Assembly (NCBI GenBank): GCA_965644495.1
Contig: CBFFSA010000010.1
Span: 434,001-498,000 of the forward strand
Origin: Perkinsela sp. CCAP 1560/9
Lineage: Eukaryota > Protista > Euglenozoa: Kinetoplastea
Direction: 5' to 3'
Length of the DNA: 64,000 nucleotides
The position numbers and the translations under genes were made by a program. Positions 33,645 to 44,562 of the stretch are shown here, piece after piece (position 1 is the stretch's first letter; every line of letters starts with the position of its first letter). A model generated the notes under the pieces. It had not been told where the DNA came from and ran no database searches. It saw nothing but the letters and a program-made list of their open reading frames with translations.

Positions 33645-36600
33645 ATGTCACTCCACACCACTACCTCTGCCCCCCAGGCGCAAGGCGACCTCCCTCGAGG
33701 ATCTGCTGGCGCAAAACCTTCACGCAAGCATACCTTCAACTTCACACAAAAAAGTGCGATTTCTGTAAAAATAAGACACTCAACTTCCACATCATGGCTC
33801 TATTTCCCTGACATCCACGCGGCGGCTTGTTTTCTAACCAAGAAGAGGCACTTCAATGCCGAAATTTCAGCGGAACTTTCCTTAGCACGAACCCTTGAAA
33901 CAGGAGCAAAGCGGTCTGATGGTATATTAGTAGAAAAATGCACTTTACAAGACGTAATGAACGAGGAAGCATGCGAACATTTCGTATTCCGCGAAATTGC
34001 ACCGCCACACAGGATATTCCGGCACACTAGCTGGGCGACAGCACACGCAGACGCATCTCTACAGCTAGATAAACAGTACTCTTGTCCTGGAACCCTTGGA
34101 CGCACCATCAAGAAGAAACTGGCTGGGAACAACATCTCGGGACTTGCGGCGTTCGACCTAACCCACGTCCACACTAAGGAAGTACACGATGAAGGCTCTT
34201 GGGAAAAGGCTCTTGGGAGAACTAGGATTGAGTACGGCGAACCTTTCCTGATCGGGAAGCCCAACCAGGCGGCGGGACAAGGAACGCGGACAGTGCGGCA
34301 ACAACCTTGTGCCCACCGCTGCTTGAATAAACGCACCTGTCTCCACCCGTGTTGCAAAGTTGGGATGGAACCCGAGCTCACCAACAATCGTCCAGAGGAA
34401 CCGGGTGGCCACGCACCAAACAGAAGTCATCCGCTGCCTCGTACAACGGACGAACCAACCCCCAACCACGAAGCTCGACCCAGCCGTACTCAACCGTGTG
34501 CTCATCGATGTTTGAACAAGCGCATATGCCTCCACCAATGTTGCAAGATCAGTATTGACCCCGAACCTATGGACCACCCCTCACCTCACCCAGATATGCA
34601 GAGAGCAGATAGTGCAATCCAAAAGTCTGATGCCAGGCCTGATGCTACACCATGGCTTCGAGATGAACAAACGTCTAGCACATGCGCGACACCTCGACGA
34701 TCATGTAAACACATTTGCCAAAACAAGCAACAATGTAAGCACATGTGTTGCAAGATTGGGGTAAAGATCGACCCTAGAAGACTTGAATCCCTAAACGAAG
34801 AAACAACAGTAATTGCCACCCCTCCCTCACCCGCCCCACGCACTCAGACACCGCCAGACAGAAATCTGCATCACATAACAACGTCGGAAGAACAAGAACT
34901 CTCGCGCAGGCCCTGCAAGCACGTATGCCGCAACAAGGCCGAATGCAAACACCAATGTTGTAAGGAGGGAGTACTCAGCCCCCCTCAGGACGCTCGGCAG
35001 GAACCCACCCGCTGGAGCCTACGCAACCTCTTCTCGTGGAATCTGTCTAACAACGAGACAAACGGACAAGCACCTGCTGGTCACAGCGAAAGATCCGCAT
35101 CTTCTGAGCCCCAAAGACAGGTAGAAACCAAAATAGGCGCCGCACGGAGTTCACCACGAGATCAGCGCCACGAAAGACGCTTCACAAATGCCTCCGAAGA
35201 AACCCGCATCAATCAGTCTCCACGACAACCAGCACATCCACCGGTGAACAACGTAACCTCGGAACCAGCGCCAACCTTCGGAACTGAAAGTAACACACAG
35301 ACGCTTACCCAGACTCTCCCACCGCGGGGCGGACCACGGCAGACCCACGGGCCGAATGACAGCACGATCCTGAACTCACAGAGGAATAGATCTCGAAATG
35401 AAAACATATTAGACACCGAGACGGCTGAATACTTGTTAAGCACCATGCGTACGATCGAAGGAGGGCGGGTCATGATAAGCCTCTCACAGGACCAATGGCA
35501 GCTGGCAATAAAGAAGGCCATGGATAGATGTAAAAAGTACTTAAAGCCTGCATCAACCCCGAGCGAAGCCCTACTACATACGGAATTACTGACAGCTTGC
35601 ATGGCGGTCTCGGTTTATGAAGTTGTACGGGAACTCGACCCCACCAAAGGGTTCAAATTGCGCTCCAAAATTGGCCATGCGAAACGCCCCACACGACCCC
35701 TTAGCTATGACCGCTCTGCGAAGCAACTAGCAGGACACATCCGTCAACTGAAACGTACTCTTTCCTTTACCCACGGACGCTCAGAAAGGGACCGCTTGAT
35801 CGGCAACATAAAAGAAGCGACCAAAGCGCATAAGCTGTACACGGAAGAAGCGAAACTAGTCAAACAAGAACGAGAGAAACGCTGGATGATGGACAGGTTC
35901 CAAAGAAACCCTTGGACAGCAGCCGGAGAGTGTCTTGACAAGAACGAGCAACTGGTAAATCAGCCGGCAACCTTTCCAGACTGCTCGCAAGCAGCTATCG
36001 AAACATTTTTCCAAGAATTGTTAAGCACAGACACGGAAGATCATAGTCTACCTCCAACAAACCTCCTTGGCCTGGATCTAGAGAATGCAATGGAATGGGA
36101 AGCAATCGACGTACCAACCATAGCAGTGGCAATCTCCTCGAAACGCCCCTCGGCTGCCCCAGGCTCCGATACCGTGGGAAACGCATTTCTTCGACGCTGC
36201 GAAGAGCTCTACCCGTTCATCGCGCAAGTCTTCAATGACGTACTGAAGCATTCGGTCAGCCCTCCCTATTGGAAACAGGCCGTCACCCGACTCATTCACA
36301 AAGGCGGAGCTCCCAACCAATTGTCCAACTGGAGACCCATCAGTCTTACGAGCTGCCTTGGTAAGTTACTCCACTCCATTATTGGCCACAGAATCTTGAG
36401 CCATGCTGTGACGACAGGAATAATTGACACAACCATACAAAAAGGATTTTTGCCAAACGTAAATGGAACTATCGAGCATACCCAGTCACTCTGTGAACTA
36501 TTGGACTTTCAACGACAGCATAAACGACAATACTGCCTTGGTCAATTTGACTTAAAGAACGCGTTTGGTTCTCTCCCACACTCCATTCTCTTTCAAGTCC

Positions 36601-38369
36601 TAACGTGGGCAAATGTATCACCTCAAATCATCGCGTACATCCGCTCCCTATACCATGATGCGACTATCCGGATCAAATGTTCGGAAGGGCTGACCCAACA
36701 CATCCCCGTCAAACGAGGTGTTCTCCAGGGCGACACACTATCCCCCGTACTATTCAATCTCGCCATAGAAGTGGTTCTACGACATCTCCGATCGAGCTTC
36801 CCTAGCTATGGTATTAAATGGGGCAACCAAGAGTCGTTCTTAAAAGCCTTTGCAGACGATCTGGCTATCATCACGAACTCGGCTGAAAAAATGCAACACG
36901 TGACGAACGCCCTGATGAACATGCTTTCCAGGTTAGGCATGCGCCTTAACGTACCGAAATGTCGTCTCCAACACATGTCTGTAGCAGAAGGCGGATATAA
37001 GACCCACAGACCCCGTATCTTGGCATACGGTGAGAGTATTCCCAACGTTTGCGACAAAGGAAGTCAGTTCCTAGGTATGACACTCGCGCCGGGGACCCAA
37101 CAAGGGAAAGTACTGTTCAAAAGTCTCCTAAAGCAGCTACGATTTTGGTTGAACAATGTATCCAATAGTGCCCTAGATACCCCCGCTCGTCTCTGGGCCT
37201 ATAATAACGTAATCATATCTCGCCTGCGATATGTGCTCACGGTCAATCCAGGAATGACACTAAACTTTATCCTTCGACTACAAAAATATGCGACGAGACA
37301 CATTCGAAAATGGATAAACATGGCCAAAACAGCTACGAGCGAAGTTCTGTACTCTGAACGCGGCTGGGCTCTCACCAGCCTGTCTAAGCTTTGGTTACTC
37401 TGCACAGGCACAGCAGTTGAACAGATGAAAAAATCTCGTGATCCAGCAGTGCAACAAGCGCTGAGATATCGCATCCGTCGTGAACACGACAAACGTTCTT
37501 CCGGACAAGTGCGACCAGTCGTCGAGTTGTACGACCGCAGTGGAAATCACGCATCGACACGGCAGTACATTGAACATGAATACGAAAGACATCTCTCAGA
37601 AGCTGTGCAGCGTCGAGCACCAATCGCGGGGCAGTGGTTTCGCATGGCTACAGAAGACGACCTCGCGAAAGACTTCGCTGCTGCTCTGTGCAATATTAAA
37701 AGTACGTCGCTCTCCAGACTTGCTTCATCTGTTCTGACACAGACACCGCTTCCGACCCGATCCGCCTTACACCGCTGGGGCCTCAGTTACCACACGAACC
37801 GTAAATGCCCCATTTGCTCAGAAGACGTACAAACTGTGCGCCACGTTCTAACAGGCTGCAAGGCCGCCCTGCAACAGGGGCGGTATACCTTCCGTCACAA
37901 CCTCATTCTACACGCCCTTGCAGATGCTATTCGACAATCCCCCGAAACCGCACAGTATCACTTTGACCTCGCTCACCATCAGAATCCGCCAACCTGGCTG
38001 AGCGGGCAAGAAACGTCCCTCCGACCTGATGGATGGGTCCAACTTAAGAACGGTTCTGAGTTCATACTAGAACTGACATCTCCGTGGGAGGAAAACTTTA
38101 TCTCCTCACACGAACGGAAGATGCAGAAGTATGGACATATGTATCTACAACGGAAAATGTCGAACCCAGCCACTTTTCTCCTGGCCATTGAAGTAGGTGC
38201 CAGAGGAAAGCTCAACAGCTCAACTCGAGCACTGAACTCCCTTTTTGGTGGAAACAAGACCACCGCCTCGCGATGTCGTCAGCATATGGTAACAAGAGCC
38301 CTTAGTGGCAGTTTCAAAATTTTTAATAATCGCGGCATTGAGCAGTGGAGTGAGGGCACGTGCTGGTGA
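33645..38369 (+). mobile_element. Intact single-ORF RLE-type non-LTR retrotransposon (HERO/NeSL-like): 4 Cys/His fingers, RT, CCHC and restriction-like endonuclease. The element spans ~33610-38470.
   Basis: NWRPISL, QKGF, DLKNAFGSLPH, GVLQGDTLSPVLF, AFADDL, CPIC...HVLTGC, GRYTFRHN, LRPD, ELTSPWEEN, RKMQKY and IEVGARG. The first 35 aa of the track ORF are translated repeat and SL sequence. Confidence 0.95.
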
Positions 38370-38470
38370 AGAGTTTTAAAAACCTAGGAGAAACTCGTTT
38401 TGTGCAAGGATTGCGTGCTAGTCATGCATCTTCTAGGTATCAATCTCTGCAGGTAAACTGCATGAATCAA

Positions 38471-38510
38471 AAAGATACAGTTTCTGCACCATGTTGGTAC
38501 ATTTTGCTAG
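38471..38510 (+). ncRNA. SL exon remnant plus a 14-nt GT...AG spacer
   Basis: AAAGATACAGTTTCTGCACCATGTTG|GTACATTTTGCTAG; TTG|GTA matches the SL exon/intron junction. Confidence 0.82.
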
Positions 38511-38760
38511 TCCTTCCTTTCTTTTCCCGGAAACGGGCACACATTTTCTCTTTAAATGCCCGTTTCCGGCTGACGGCTAGCAGGGACTGTCCCTCTTTGT
38601 CGTGGAAGTAGGGGACGTACTTTCGACTTTTCACCCCTCCCCGGCTCACTCCTTCAGTGAGTTTTCTTCCCTCCCGGGCCTTTCTTCCTTTCACGCCTTT
38701 CCTTCCCGGGGAGCCATGCGCCATGGTGGCCTCCCTTGAGGACCACTGGGCGTGGCTCTG
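38511..38760 (+). ncRNA. Structured SL-adjacent leader RNA, copy 2
   Basis: Perfect 13-bp stem at 38527-38539/38557-38569, plus three more hairpins homologous to 900-1223. Confidence 0.72.
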
Positions 38761-38783
38761 CCTCGTCTTATCGCGAGGCAGCG

Positions 38784-38926
38784 GTCGGTTGCAGTGCGCC
38801 CCACCGGCTGCGTAAAGAGGTGGTGAGTTGCCTGGACCACCTCTACCGACTGGGGCCGAGTCGGTTGCAGTACGCCCCTCCGGCTGCGTAAAAAGAGGGC
38901 GAGTTACCCGGACCCCCTCTACCGAC
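38784..38926 (+). repeat. Two structured 67-nt units (76-bp period)
   Basis: GTCGGTTGCAGT...GGCTGCGTAAA...TCTACCGAC at 38784-38850 and 38860-38926. Confidence 0.8.
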
Positions 38927-39029
38927 AGAGTCCGTGCCGAATTCTCCTTCGTGCGACGTCTGTTGTGAGCGGGTCATGTGCCGATGATATCGGCCGTCGC
39001 ATCAAGGGCTGTATCTCTGCGTCAATGAG

Positions 39030-39119
39030 CGCATGAACATCAACAAGATGCCATCAAATGTGTTTAGCGGGGAATTACAAGTACATTTCGAGCATCTTCC
39101 AACTGGGGTCACTATACTA
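39030..39119 (+). pseudogene. Short LRR fragment ending at an SL remnant
   Basis: SNVFSGELQVHFEHLPTGVTIL|. Confidence 0.5.
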
Positions 39120-39250
39120 AAAGATACAATTCCTGTACCTTGTTGCTCATCCTTTCTTTTCCCAGAAACAGGCATACTCTTAGCCTTTTATGTATGTCCG
39201 TTTCCGGCCGGCACTAGGGCCGGAAACTCATCTTTCCGTTGAAGAGGGGC
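39120..39250 (+). ncRNA. SL remnant (39120-39145) fused directly to a degenerate leader, copy 3
   Basis: AAAGATACAATTCCTGTACCTTGTTG|CTCATCCTTTCTTTTCCCAGAAAC...CCGGCCGGCACTA. Confidence 0.78.
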
Positions 39251-39629
39251 CGCCGCTTCGCACCCACGCGCAGCGCGTCAGACGCGCCGAGTGCCCCCGC
39301 TGGATGGACGCCGGGGAGAGCCTCTCAACGACGCTGTGTAGCCGAAAGGCTTCTTGCAGCCTCTCAACGACGCCCCCCCGCAGTGGAAGTTCAGTGCCCC
39401 CTTCACCCCCCCAGGCGCTGCAGGACCTCCCTTGACCACGCGGCGTGGTCGAATCCCTGCGTACGACCGGCGTTGAATGCGCTGTAATGGTCGTTGATAA
39501 CGGTCGTCGTACGACAGGAAGATGCTCTGCCGGCTCGCCCGGTATGAAAGTGAAAGGAATGGATGTGGCAAAGTGTCAATTCAGTGGTTTCGTGTATCTT
39601 TCGTGTCTTCAGCATTCGGCGCTTCCTCG

Positions 39630-39751
39630 TCAGGTATTCCTGGGCCGCCTGTCATTGTACATCACCCGGGACGTGACGCCATCCTCTCGGCGAGGTCGAC
39701 CGCGAAACATTTTAGTGCTACCTGAGTACACTCTTGCACAGGTTGTATCAC
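39630..39751 (+). pseudogene. Duplicated 5' fragment of LRR gene 41433
   Basis: Near-identical to about 41453-41574. Confidence 0.85.
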
Positions 39752-39779
39752 ACGTTGCGAGAGAGTACCTTTACCTGCC

Positions 39780-41326
39780 TTAAAATTCTTGAGGTTTCCG
39801 AAATTTTAACAAAATAAATTACAATGCCCTTTTTCGATCAATTGTTTCTCGCGACTTTGAAAAAGCACGCCAAATCTTCAGCTCCTCGTCATAGAAACGT
39901 TTATAGTGAAAATTAAAAAATCGGTCACGTCCCTGAATGAGCGAGGTGCAATCACCTGGAATGCGATGTATGTCACAGTTGACAGGAACAGAGTTGGTGT
40001 GATGGGTCGTATGGTCATCCGTAATTAGGGCGGTAGGGAGTTTCGAGTCATTTATTGAATCCGTATATCGGGTAAGCATTTTTTCAAATACGGGCTGGCG
40101 CATCCATCTTGTCTCCGTAGCGTCAGCATACACTTTGCTGGAAAGAGATGTAGAAAGTACCTTTACCTGCCTCAAAATTCTTGAGGTTCCGAAGTTTTCG
40201 CTTGTGACCGAAATATTATAGTGGGAGGTGAAGGATAAACCGCACCTGCCTGTATGTTCACTATTCCGGCGAGAAAAACCGTCACCGCCTCCTCTTCATT
40301 TGTTTGAGAAATCTTTTTTGATTGCAAGGATCATGCCATGCGGATCCCCATCAGGAAAAACTGAAGTTTCTTCCCCAAATAGACAAATATATTTTTATTA
40401 AATAAAATAGAAAAACGGAGTTATATAGGCGAATGCAATGCTGCGTGCACAGCTACCTCGACCAAAAGACGATTCTAGCCTCAAGACCTGCAGGTGCAAT
40501 AACACGTTTTCTCCTAAAACGCTTCCAAGACCAACCAAAAGCATAATCAAGATTTTTTTAATCAGTTCTTTCGATTTCTCGGATAAAGAGTCATCCGATC
40601 TGCTTTCGAATACTCCGTGACGTTGCATGAGTTCGAAAACAACAGATTTGTTGATAGAAATGTGTTCAGCCAACATGCATGTATGCTCAAGTTCCGCGTG
40701 TACTTTTTCTTCAGGAGCTCTGCATGCAGAATTCGGACCCCGTTCTCTTTTACGATTTCTCTCCCCACGATTGATACGTTCTTGATACCTCAGATTCTTC
40801 TTGTTTTACTTGATAAACACATTGCTCGGAAACGTCGTGCTTTTTGGAAAGCGATTTTATGGACTCACTCGATTTGCTGATCGACAGCTTGTCCTCGATC
40901 GAAAGGCTCTTTTTCGTATGATAAGGGGGTTCTGTGGCGAATGATGGGGTGGGGGTAGATGTTAAGGGGTTGGCGAGGGGTCCAACTCGGGGGGCTAGTT
41001 CTCGAGACCTAATCCATTCTATCAGGGTCCAATTGACATATCAGTGGCCCAATTGCAATAAATAGTAGTAGCAGGAAAAAAGTATCCCTGTATAAACAAT
41101 AGAAATCGACAAACTATCACGAATAATAAGCAAATACAAAAAAAATTAAATCACTCATACATACAAAAGTACCCAGTCCAAAATTTTAACTACCCCCAAA
41201 AAACGGGGTAGATACGGATTAGACAAATTCTTTGCACCTTCCCTGAAATTTTTTTTGACCTTCCAGACAAAATGGCTCTATTAAAGGGTGGGGGTCACAC
41301 GTACCCCTATTAAATAGGGGGGATAG
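39780..41326 (-). mobile_element. pogo/DDE_1 transposase pseudogene with one terminal repeat
   Basis: WMRQPVF, ALITDDHTTH and IPGDCTSLIQGRD...N..YK. The end is shared with 19856-19940. Confidence 0.8.
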
Positions 41327-41432
41327 TAGTTTATTGAAGCGTACCGTTGAACTGAAGCAACACTGTTTTTTTATTTAGTTTGTGTTTTACTTATAACATT
41401 TTACTCGTAGCATTTTCTTTATAAATATTTAC

Positions 41433-42056
41433 ATGGCCTATATTGACGGCTGTCAGGTATTCCTGGGTCGCCTGTCGTTGTACATCGCCCGAGACGTGAC
41501 GTCATCCTCTCGGCTAGGTCGACCGCGAAACATTTTAGTGCCGCCTGAGTACACTCTTGCACAGGTTGTATCACAAGTGGTGGACCGTCATGTCAGCTGG
41601 AATACGAGCTGCCCGATCAATGAATGGATGGGGGTAACGTGTACGGAGACCGGAAATGTTGATGTGATTGCATGGAGTTTTTTAAGCCTCCGGGGAAATT
41701 TCTCCTTCAACGGTTTACCCCGCACCCTTCGACGTCTTAGTGTTGGGTTTAACGCGTTATCAGGTGAAGTAGAACTGGAAAACCTCCCCGAGAATATGGC
41801 GTATCTTTTTGCCTCCTACAATGAGTTTTATGGAGGACTCGAAATGCGATACCTCCCAAGGACCATGACTGATTTCTACTTTTCGATGAATAAGCTACAA
41901 GGTCGTGTAGACCTCTCGTCTCTTCCTCCCAACATTATACAGATTGATATTTCAAAGAACAAAGATCTCGTGGGGATTCTGAGAAAATGTGACACACCGG
42001 TTTCGCTAGTAAACTTCGATATTTCGGAAACCAAAATATCTCGACTTGCAGAATAG
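41433..42056 (+). CDS. Short LRR family protein
   Basis: RLGRPRNILVPPEYTL variant motif, EWMGVTC cap and about 4 LRRs. Confidence 0.88.
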   Translation: MAYIDGCQVFLGRLSLYIARDVTSSSRLGRPRNILVPPEYTLAQVVSQVVDRHVSWNTSCPINEWMGVTCTETGNVDVIAWSFLSLRGNFSFNGLPRTLRRLSVGFNALSGEVELENLPENMAYLFASYNEFYGGLEMRYLPRTMTDFYFSMNKLQGRVDLSSLPPNIIQIDISKNKDLVGILRKCDTPVSLVNFDISETKISRLAE

Positions 42057-42377
42057 AAATGCAACACCTTGGTTAGAGTGCTTTTTTCAATTGATGTAAC
42101 TCACTTCCGCTGCGAAAATGAATTCAATTATTTTGTGTAGGTTTTGATTCGATCATAAAATTAGCATCCTTCCACCTACGTAGGTGTTTAAAATGCATTA
42201 GTTTTCTTGATATGGGGTTGATAACTGTTTCACTGACAATCACGAAATAGTCAAAAATGATTTATTACAATGTCTAAAACATTTTTCTACTGGAGGTTGT
42301 ATTCTACAACTCATACGTAGCACTCATACGCCAAAGAAATGTAAATTCCAGCGTTGTATTACTTACATCCGACATTC

Positions 42378-43034
42378 ATGCTTTGTTGCGTTATTGCAAA
42401 CCTCGTTAAGACAATCAAGACTGCTGATGAATCACAATCATCCAGGAGAGTTCCTTCAAAAGTAACAGGAAGTTTATTACCCCAAGAATACGATTTATCC
42501 CGTTTTATAGGTGGTATCGAGAATCCATTGGGCTCCTGGAACTCGGATGTCCCGGCCTGTGACTGGACAGGTATCAGATGTGATGAACAAAAGGCTGTGA
42601 CGGGAATCTACTGGCTAGCTAGGGATTTGAAAGGTGTGTTAAATTGGCAATATATCCCGTCAACCATTGAAGATTTTTTTGCCGCGGGTAATCAATTTTC
42701 CGGTCATCTACCATTCGAAGTTCTTCCTTCGACGTTGCGGAATTTCTGTGCTGGGCGGAATGAATTAACAGGAACGCCTAATTTTTGTACTCTATCAGGA
42801 CTCTATGGCATTACCATAAACGATAACTTGTTTACAGGACACGTCGACTTTGATCTCTTGCCTGTGTCATTAAAGAAATTATTTGCGCAGTTCAACGCTG
42901 GTCTTGAAGGCACGTTGGATTTGAATCGCGGTCCAAGTGCCTTGTTCTATGATGTTCGAGGAACAGAAATCACAGTGAGTAACGGTGAGCCATATTTTTT
43001 CCAGGGCTCGTATAACCCTACAAGGTACAGTTAA
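42378..43034 (+). CDS. Short LRR family protein (ATG 42378)
   Basis: KTAD...PSKVTGSLLPQEYDL motif, ACDWTGIRC cap and about 4 LRRs. Confidence 0.88.
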   Translation: MLCCVIANLVKTIKTADESQSSRRVPSKVTGSLLPQEYDLSRFIGGIENPLGSWNSDVPACDWTGIRCDEQKAVTGIYWLARDLKGVLNWQYIPSTIEDFFAAGNQFSGHLPFEVLPSTLRNFCAGRNELTGTPNFCTLSGLYGITINDNLFTGHVDFDLLPVSLKKLFAQFNAGLEGTLDLNRGPSALFYDVRGTEITVSNGEPYFFQGSYNPTRYS

Positions 43035-43049
43035 AGTTATTGTACAATT

Positions 43050-44405
43050 ATTGTCAATATCGTCCACTTTAGTCTGGGTTGTACTAATACCCACAGTGCT
43101 TGCCATTTCTCTGGATAACGATGGAACAACGCTTTCAAAAGCTACGAAGCGTGTTGAGGCAATAAGTGTTTTGCTCGTTATCCAAATTGCGAAACGTAAC
43201 GTGGATCGTATTGAGCAATTGAATTCGATTTCGGGGGTGAATGTTGTCCTTTGTCGCATCCATAATGGACCAAAGGTTCTCAATCGGATTTAGGTCCGGG
43301 GACTTCGCTGGCCATTGCAACCATACCCTTTCGCTGGACATTGCAACCATACCCTTTCTCTTGGGCTTTGGCACGTGCCTTGTTATGAACAGGGGCGTTG
43401 TCCATCGCTACATACGCGCGGTGCCTCCGCAAGTACTGAAAGAACCCTCCCCTCTTTTGCATGACATCAAGGAAGGTATCACCGTTGACAGTGAACTTCG
43501 GGCCATCTGGATGATGAGAAGGGAAAACGTGAATGTAAAATCTATGTTTCAGGCTTACCCCCACCCAAACCATGATACCCTCCCCCTCATGGTGGGACCC
43601 CAACTCACCAGTTTGTTCCTTGGGGGGATCAGATCTCCTGCAAAGGTAAGTTGGCTTCGCCGATGATTTGCAACAAAAAAACGTTCGCCACAAAGCACAA
43701 TGCTCTGGCGAGCTCTATCGGAGAGCTGCATCATGTCGTTCGCGAATTGCACTCTTCAAATCTTGTGAGCTTTTGTTCAAAAAGGAACTTTTTCTACAAC
43801 ACGTAAAATGATCTCCTTTTTTAGTAGTCTTCGCAAAGTTCGCATAGAACACAAAAATTCTCGTCGATGCAGTTCCCTTAATAGCTCTCTCCAGGACGGA
43901 ATGCCATAGTCATAGACGGAATGCCAGGACGGAATGCCATAGAAGTCATTTCTCCGACACCGTCATCAATTAATTTTTGCGCTGTTTCCCTGAGGAGGGG
44001 AGTGGAAACAAGAGATGTAAGCAAAGGAATTGGACTTTCGACATCCCCAGTCGCCGCATGGCGCATGGCACAGAAAGACTGTGTTTGCTCATAGTCTGTT
44101 ACTAAAAGCATTCTATGACTCTCCTTGAGCATTGCGGGGAAGAATAGGATCGAGCAGACAGTACCGCACGATGTCCTCGATCGAACTTGCTCTTGTGGCA
44201 TAAAAAGAGGGAAAAAAGAAAATTTGTCGAATTTTCAAATGAAAAAAATAATGCTTTTTTATCACCGGATTAAATCGTTTAATTTGCGCGGTCCGAATAA
44301 GCCAAAGAATGCAACTCTGAGAGAGCTCTCGAATGCGCTATTGTTTTACAAATTTGAGCAAATTTTACAAACTTTAGACCCCCCAGGTTCAAGTGCCACC
44401 CCCTG
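43050..44405 (-). mobile_element. Tc1/mariner-like remnant; the paralogous locus at ~50150 lacks it
   Basis: AMDNAPVH and WPAKSPDLNPIENLW. End TTCAAGTGCCACCCCCTG|TA. The flanks at ~43034-43048 and 44406-44478 lie close together at 50141-50277. Confidence 0.8.
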
Positions 44406-44562
44406 TATATCCGTATATTTCAGGACCAGTATATTTTAGGTGTGTCACGGCTCCAAGAAGTGGTATCTTGTGAAAACAACGACGTAGAAAGCTAGTATGG
44501 GTCCCAAACTCTTGAATTACAATAGGCGAAACGATTTCGAAGCAATAGGTTCTTTATCATTT

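Noticed and set aside
33645-38369. Diversity-generating retroelement driving LRR variation
   Set aside because: The RT is of non-LTR RLE type. The near-identical LRR pairs differ at mixed bases across whole genes, not in an adenine-specific TR/VR pattern.
38471-38600. A complete SL RNA gene
   Set aside because: The 5' part of the exon (AACTAA-like start) is missing, there is no tandem array, and the downstream sequence matches the retroelement leader rather than an SL intron with a T-tract terminator.
38700-38760. HDV-like or hammerhead ribozyme in the leader
   Set aside because: I could not build the nested double pseudoknot or find CUGAnGA/GAAA cores by eye, and a simple long hairpin explains the sequence. 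A descriptor search would be needed to exclude it fully.
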